64,000 bases of DNA from NCBI RefSeq assembly GCF_006345805.1, contig NC_043020.1:29636001-29700000 (forward strand), in the 5' to 3' direction. A program made the position numbers and the translations under genes. The notes below the pieces were generated by a model, which had not been told where the DNA came from, did not search any database, and was given only the letters and a program-made list of their open reading frames with translations. Of the stretch, positions 58,533 through 64,000 are shown piece after piece (the first letter of the stretch is position 1; each line of letters starts with the position of its first letter). The DNA comes from Octopus sinensis (taxonomy: Eukaryota).

Positions 58533-60629
58533 CTTTTCAGTCTTGTCTCTTTCATATTTTTCTGTATCTGTGATTATATTATTCAGTTTGTCCTTTAAGA
58601 TGGTACAGTATGATTTGAAGAAGGTTTGAGCTGCTATTTCTAGCTAATAAGTAGAATGACCATTTAGAGGTTCCTTCATTTTTGCTCATTCTATTTCGTG
58701 TTTGATTATGCAGTATCAGAGTTCCAGGTTTCTGTTAGTTGAGCCGTTTCAATATGGAGTTGCTAGAATTGCATTTTTGGTGCCACCTCCTGAAATGTGA
58801 CTGAAATTATTATATCTTGTATACAATTTGTGCATTTAATAAACCAAGTTGACTGTGTGCTTGTTATGGTAACTAAGTTCGGGGTTTGTAAAATGTTGAA
58901 ATGTCAGCGAACTCCACTTTAGTTTCTTTGCATAACAAGTACCATTAAGGACATTTAGAAAAAAAAAAAAACCCATATTGTATTCTTGTGTGATTAGAGT
59001 GTGTGTGTGTCTGTCTGTGTGTGCATATTGAGAAGGTGAGGTACAGATTTGGGGCATTATTTACCAACTGGTTTTCAAGTCTAATTTCGTTGCTGCTGTG
59101 ACATTTAATGAAGCGTGTGTGTGTGTGTGTCGATGGTCATTTTGCATAAATAAAGAGTTTTTTTTTATGAAAAAGCTTTAGCATCACTTCAGTGTACAAT
59201 GGTCTTCTCTTCCACAATCTCTCTTTCTTTCCTTCTCTCTCTAAGTTACCTGTGGTCAGACCTGGACACAGATGAGCCCCACCAGGTTTACAATGCCCAA
59301 AACAGTGCCCCTACGGGCCCCATCAGAAGCTAAGGACCTTACACTTACTGTATTTAATAAACATTTTCTTTTCTATTGTTATTTTCCTTATCTTGAACTG
59401 ACCCCTATCAGTTACGCTCTCCACTTATCTGAATCCTTCGTTGATATACCTTCACTCTCCAAAACACTCTTGACTTCCTTCTCACCTGTAAACACATCAC
59501 TGACCCTGCTCCACCCCAAACATCATCAGATTATATATTCACTGCTTCATCAACAACAAAAACACTGCTCCCTATCATCCTATCACACAACAACCAAACC
59601 CTCTCCTACTTCAAATTTGCAAACTAATCAGAGGGGGGAAGGTGACTGGCAGTATCTTCTTCCTATGTATGCCCTTCCATATTCTTTACACAAACCCCCT
59701 GATCATCCACAGGTTCACTGCTCCATACCATCCTTCCACACAACAGCTACTTCCTCCAAACCCTTCAAATTCTTCAAGTCCCCTGACTGGTGAGAGGGTC
59801 CACTCATGTTCTTCCCACACGTGCCTTTCCACATTCTTTACATAAACCCCAAATTATCTACACATGACAACCACTTCCCCTAAACCCTTCAAATAATTCA
59901 AGCCCCCTGACTAGCGAGAGGGGTGATTCATGATGTCTTCTTCCTCTGTATGTGCAAAAATTATTCAATTATTTCACACACGCACACGGCTCCAGCACAG
60001 CTATAGGGGTGAGGGACACTCTACCCCCAACATCTGGAGGAAGCAACTGACCCAGTGCAACGCTTGCAAGATAAACACCAAAAGTGCAGAAGCTGCTTTC
60101 CTGCATCTGCCACCTGTTGCTGCTCTCTCGCATCCTCCCAAATAACAACAACAACCACCTGGCCCTCTCTCATCATTGCCAAAGCATCAGACCAGCCCAC
60201 ACTCACTTTTCAAGATCTTCCTCTTTAACCCAGATAGTTCTGTAAGTAGGACTCCTGCTGACAGTCACAGCATTTGCTGCGACTATTCCCTTTTTTTTGT
60301 TTTCGTTTTTTCCTTTTATTTTAAGAATTGTGTATTTAGAACTACAGTATCAAATGTGCCCTTCTTTTTCAAGACAGTGGAGAGTGATATGGGTTACTTT
60401 TTGGATAAAGTATAATGTCATACATATATATATAAATAGCGGCAGTGGCGTCTTATATATGTCATCAGTACTACGCACACACATGCACACATACATACAA
60501 TTACATTCACACTCACATAATCACATTCATACACACAGGGACACTATCTCACACACATACACACACTAGGAAACCCCTTCCAAACTCCCCTTTCTCGACT
60601 CCATTTGTCTAATCACCCCTACTTACAAA

Positions 60630-60775
60630 GCTATGGCCTCTGCTAAACAGATTGAAGCAACATGAAACAATGTACCTTGCTCAAGAAGACAACATACCAC
60701 CCAGTGCAGAAATTGAACCCACAACCTCATGATCATGATCCCAACACATTAACCATTGAGCTATACACTTTCACA
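60630..60775 (-). mobile_element. SINE family D
   Basis: ccttgctcaagaagacaac...attgaacccacaacctcatgatc...taaccattgagc. Confidence 0.7.
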
Positions 60776-60831
60776 ACCACAACAATTGAAATATTAAATC
60801 TTTATTAATGCTGTTTTTTTCAATCTTCTAT

Positions 60832-60875
<44 letters not shown>

Positions 60876-61164
60876 TGTGTGTGTGTGTGTGTGTGCCTGC
60901 TTGTTGTTCCTGGTTTTATCTTTTGTTTTCTGTACATTTGAACCATTATACACACACACACACACACACCACACACACACACACACACGATGGACTCTCC
61001 CATCGATGATGACACACGAGCATTCAGTCTTTGTTGAATGATCTGCACGAATGATCTGTTTATGGTGATCAAATGTTTCGTGTCGCATACTAAGCTCACT
61101 TTCTCCACCAAATTGACACTGTCTGAACAGGTGCACGTTGTGACATGTGTCAGGTGATTGCAGA

Positions 61165-61288
61165 GTGATTGCAAAGCGCAATGCGAGATGAAGTGTTTTG
61201 CTCAAGAGTGCAGTGCCCCACCTGGTCTTCAAATTGAATCACAATCTAACGATTGTGAGAGCCACACCCCAACCACTAAGCTGTGTGC

Positions 61289-61290
<2 letters not shown>
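61165..61290 (-). mobile_element. SINE family D
   Basis: gatgaagtgttttgctcaag...attgaatcacaatctaacgattgtgag...caaccactaagc. Confidence 0.7.
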
Positions 61291-61338
<48 letters not shown>

Positions 61339-62390
61339 TGATAATAAATTGAGGGAATATTATTCCAAACTTACAGGGGAAAATTCAATTTAGAAATACT
61401 AAATCAAATTTCACAAAATATAATATATATATATATATAAATTAGAAAAAAAACATAATATAATCTAGTGTGAAAACTCAGTTAAGGGTACATTGTGTGT
61501 CTTTGGAATACTCAGCCACTTCTACACAGATTTCAGCAAATAAGAATTCGGTTGGCAGAACAACTGAATGCTCATCGTCGAAAACCGATGAATGATTCCC
61601 ACCAGAATGGCTTTTCTGCTCCTCTGAACTTATCATTTCCAATTTGTCTCACTCTTAAACGCTTTGCCAGATTTTCCTTCTCAAAAACACAGCCATTAGG
61701 AATTCCCTTCCTGCCAACATTTTCCCTTTGGGCATCAACGCCCAGAATTTTAAATTAAACATAAACCCTATTGACCTCAGCTTCGGTGTGTGTATCTGTG
61801 TACGCGTAAAGGTCACGGCTACTCTCTACCCCCATTCTGTGTCTAAATATAGTTCAAAAGTTATTCACAAAATAAATGCCATTTCAATGAACCCCGCAAC
61901 GAACGAGATTAAATATAAATTTTTAGATGAGATTTCCAAATTGAACAATGGGTTTGCGTGTCATTTATTTCGTTGATTTCTTTTTAAAAAACCATTCATG
62001 TTTTTTCTTTCACAACTGTGTGAAAGTACAATGTCCTGTTGAACTGTGTGTGATAAATTTGTTTTAAACCAGTCAAATTGGTAGAGCAAGCTTAAACCCA
62101 GAGAAAAGAAGTGACTAAATGCCAAAGTGAATGGTTGAAAATTTGTCACTTCACTCACAACATCCCTTGTGGAGCAGAATCATTCATTAATGGGTGAAAT
62201 AATTTTACAGTTAATAGCTGGATGCTCAGAACGGTTAAATACAACCGGTTGCTGCTTATTAAACAAACTCTTCCTGTTCTTTGTTGGACACTTTCATCTT
62301 CAGGCAACAAAAATGCAAGAAAACATATTGATGATGATGATATATATGTGTGTGTGTATGTATATATATATGAATGATTTTATATATATA

Positions 62391-62433
<43 letters not shown>

Positions 62434-62434
62434 A

Positions 62435-62454
<20 letters not shown>

Positions 62455-62471
<17 letters not shown>

Positions 62472-62655
62472 TCCCCCTAGCATTGCTTGACAACCGATGC
62501 TGGTGTGTTTATGTCCCCGTTACTTAGCGGTTCGGCAAAGAGACCGATAGAATAAGTACTGGGCTTACGAAAGAATAAGACCCGGGGTCGAGTTGCTCGA
62601 TTAAAGGCGGTGCTCCAGCATGGCCGCATTCAAATGACTGAAACAAGTAAAAGAG
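62455..62655 (+). mobile_element. SINE family A, 3' half, near consensus
   Basis: gtttgtccccc...aaggcggtgctccagcatggccgc...gactgaaacaagtaaaagag. Confidence 0.85.
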
Positions 62656-63071
62656 TATATATATAGACAAAACTATGTTAAAGCTGAAAAAAGTAACTGA
62701 AAAGTTATTTTTAATACAGAAATTAAAATTTATTTATTGCTTTTGCAACATTTGTATTCTGAGAGTTTTATCCAATTCTGTAGAATATGACTGTTTGCAC
62801 ACTGATGCATATGAACGGAAAATTTCGAGTTTATAGATGTTGGAATTCATCCAACTATTAAATCTAATGTAAAATGTCTGTCTTCCTCGGACCGGAATAA
62901 CTGGAACGCTCCTTGGAACTGTTGAACACAAATAAAAATCTGAAGCTGGAATAGAGATTAACAGAACTGTAGCCCTTCCATTAATCAACACCCTCACCTG
63001 TCACACCTGAAATACTGAGGTTTCACTTTATAATCCATCTGTTGCTCTGACAACTCTGTAAATTGGCCACA

Positions 63072-63733
63072 CACTGTGGTGAGGGTTGTTGCACTCATAA
63101 CCATTAGATTGTGGTTTCCATTCTTGGATTGGGCAATGCACTGTGGTGAGGGTTGTTGCACTCATAACCATTAGATTGTGGTTTCCATTCTTGGATTGGG
63201 CAATGCACTGTGGTGAGGGTTGTTGCACTCATAACCATTAGATTGTGGTTTCCATTCTTGGATTGGGCAATGCACTGTGGTGAGGGTTGTTGCACTCATA
63301 CCATTAGATTGTGGTTTCCATTCTTGGAGGGCAATGCACTTGTGGAGGGTTGTTGCACTCATAACCATTAGATGTGGTTTCCATTCTTGGATTGGGCAAT
63401 GCACTGTGGTGAGGGTTGTTGCACTCATAACCATTAGATTGTGGTTTCCATTCTTGATTGGGCAATGCACTGTGGTGAGGGTTGTTGTACTCATAACCAT
63501 TAGATTGTGGTTTCCATTCTTGGATTGGGCAATGCACTGTGGTGAGGGTTGTTGCACTCATAACCATTAGATTGTGGTTTCCATTCTTGGATTGGGCAAT
63601 GCACTGTGGTGAGGGTTGTTGCACTCATAACCATTAGATTGTGGTTTCCATTCTTGGATTGGGCAATGCACTGTGGTGAGGGTTGTTGCACTCATAACCA
63701 TTAGATTGTGGTTTCCATTCTTGGATTGGGCAA
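63072..63733 (+). repeat. 67-bp minisatellite, 10 units, derived from a family-D SINE head
   Basis: Unit CACTGTGGTGAGGGTTGTTGCACTCATAACCATTAGATTGTGGTTTCCATTCTTGGATTGGGCAATG; unit starts at 63072, 63139, 63206, 63273, 63337, 63402, 63468, 63535, 63602, 63669. Confidence 0.95.
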
Positions 63734-63776
63734 AACCCTTCATTTCATGTTACTCTGCAATTACTTTGGCACTGTG

Positions 63777-64000
63777 CATCATCATCATCATCATCATCAT
63801 TCGACTGTGGTCGAGACAATGGAATTTACTATGTTACGCCAGACTTGACGGTCCATCATAGCATTACGGAGGTCCTATTGCTGGATGCCTGTATCCCTGG
63901 AGATTACATCAGGGTAGGAGAGTGTGCACCCTCTGGTATCGCAAGCAGATGCCTTCCAGAGGAGAAGAGTAGAAATTACCTCGTTTTCAGCTCTACAACA
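63777..64000 (-). mobile_element. RTE-like LINE 3' end running off the window edge
   Basis: Minus strand CCRAENEVISTLLLWKA...TLSYPDVISRDTGIQQ*DLRNAMMDRQVWRNIVNSIVSTTVE, then (GAT)n. Confidence 0.75.

Noticed and set aside
58225-58629. 134-aa ORF with 11-aa repeats (MTTGHLGLSRP)
   Set aside because: A by-product of a 33-bp period; the frame is broken by a 1-bp deletion upstream and the unit derives from a repeat family.
61495-61976. Protein-like ORFs (e.g. RIRLAEQLNAHRRK), faintly GIY-YIG-like
   Set aside because: No GIY/YIG motif is visible; the similarity is too weak to call a Penelope endonuclease.
62734-63006. 87-aa minus ORF and a possible 9-nt micro-exon (cag|gtgtgacag|gtgagg)
   Set aside because: Weak pyrimidine tract and no domain; compatible with chance.
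63028-63691. Overlapping repeat ORFs (MQQPSPQCIAQS...)
   Set aside because: They cycle through the frames of a 67-bp tandem repeat.

Overview
AT-rich, microsatellite-laden eukaryotic DNA. Its repeat families look like those I associate with octopus (cephalopod) genomes; the taxon is inferred, not proven. I recognise no host protein-coding exon, so the window is intergenic or inside a very long intron. It is dominated by several repeat classes. tRNA-derived SINE-like families carry my working labels A, B and D. 3' ends of RTE LINEs ending in (GAT)n are labelled C. A ~200-bp interspersed repeat is labelled E. There are also fragments of CR1, RTE, HERO/NeSL-like and R4/Dong-like non-LTR retrotransposons, and mariner-, piggyBac- and hAT-type MITEs. 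Most notable: (1) a family of short (TA)n-associated elements carrying minimal type-I hammerhead ribozyme motifs, including a tandem pair at 35.7-35.95 kb with cleavage sites 125 nt apart; (2) a near-perfect 427-bp fold-back at 15.5-15.9 kb; (3) a textbook AG|GTAAGT recursive-splice-like site at 26943; (4) two minisatellites (67 bp x10 and 33 bp x14) that were born inside a SINE tRNA head and a family-E repeat; (5) SINEs chained through (ATT)n tails. Repeat boundaries were placed by eye and are approximate to about 10-20 bp unless stated. The long ORFs in the supplied track are microsatellite artefacts or retrotransposon remnants.
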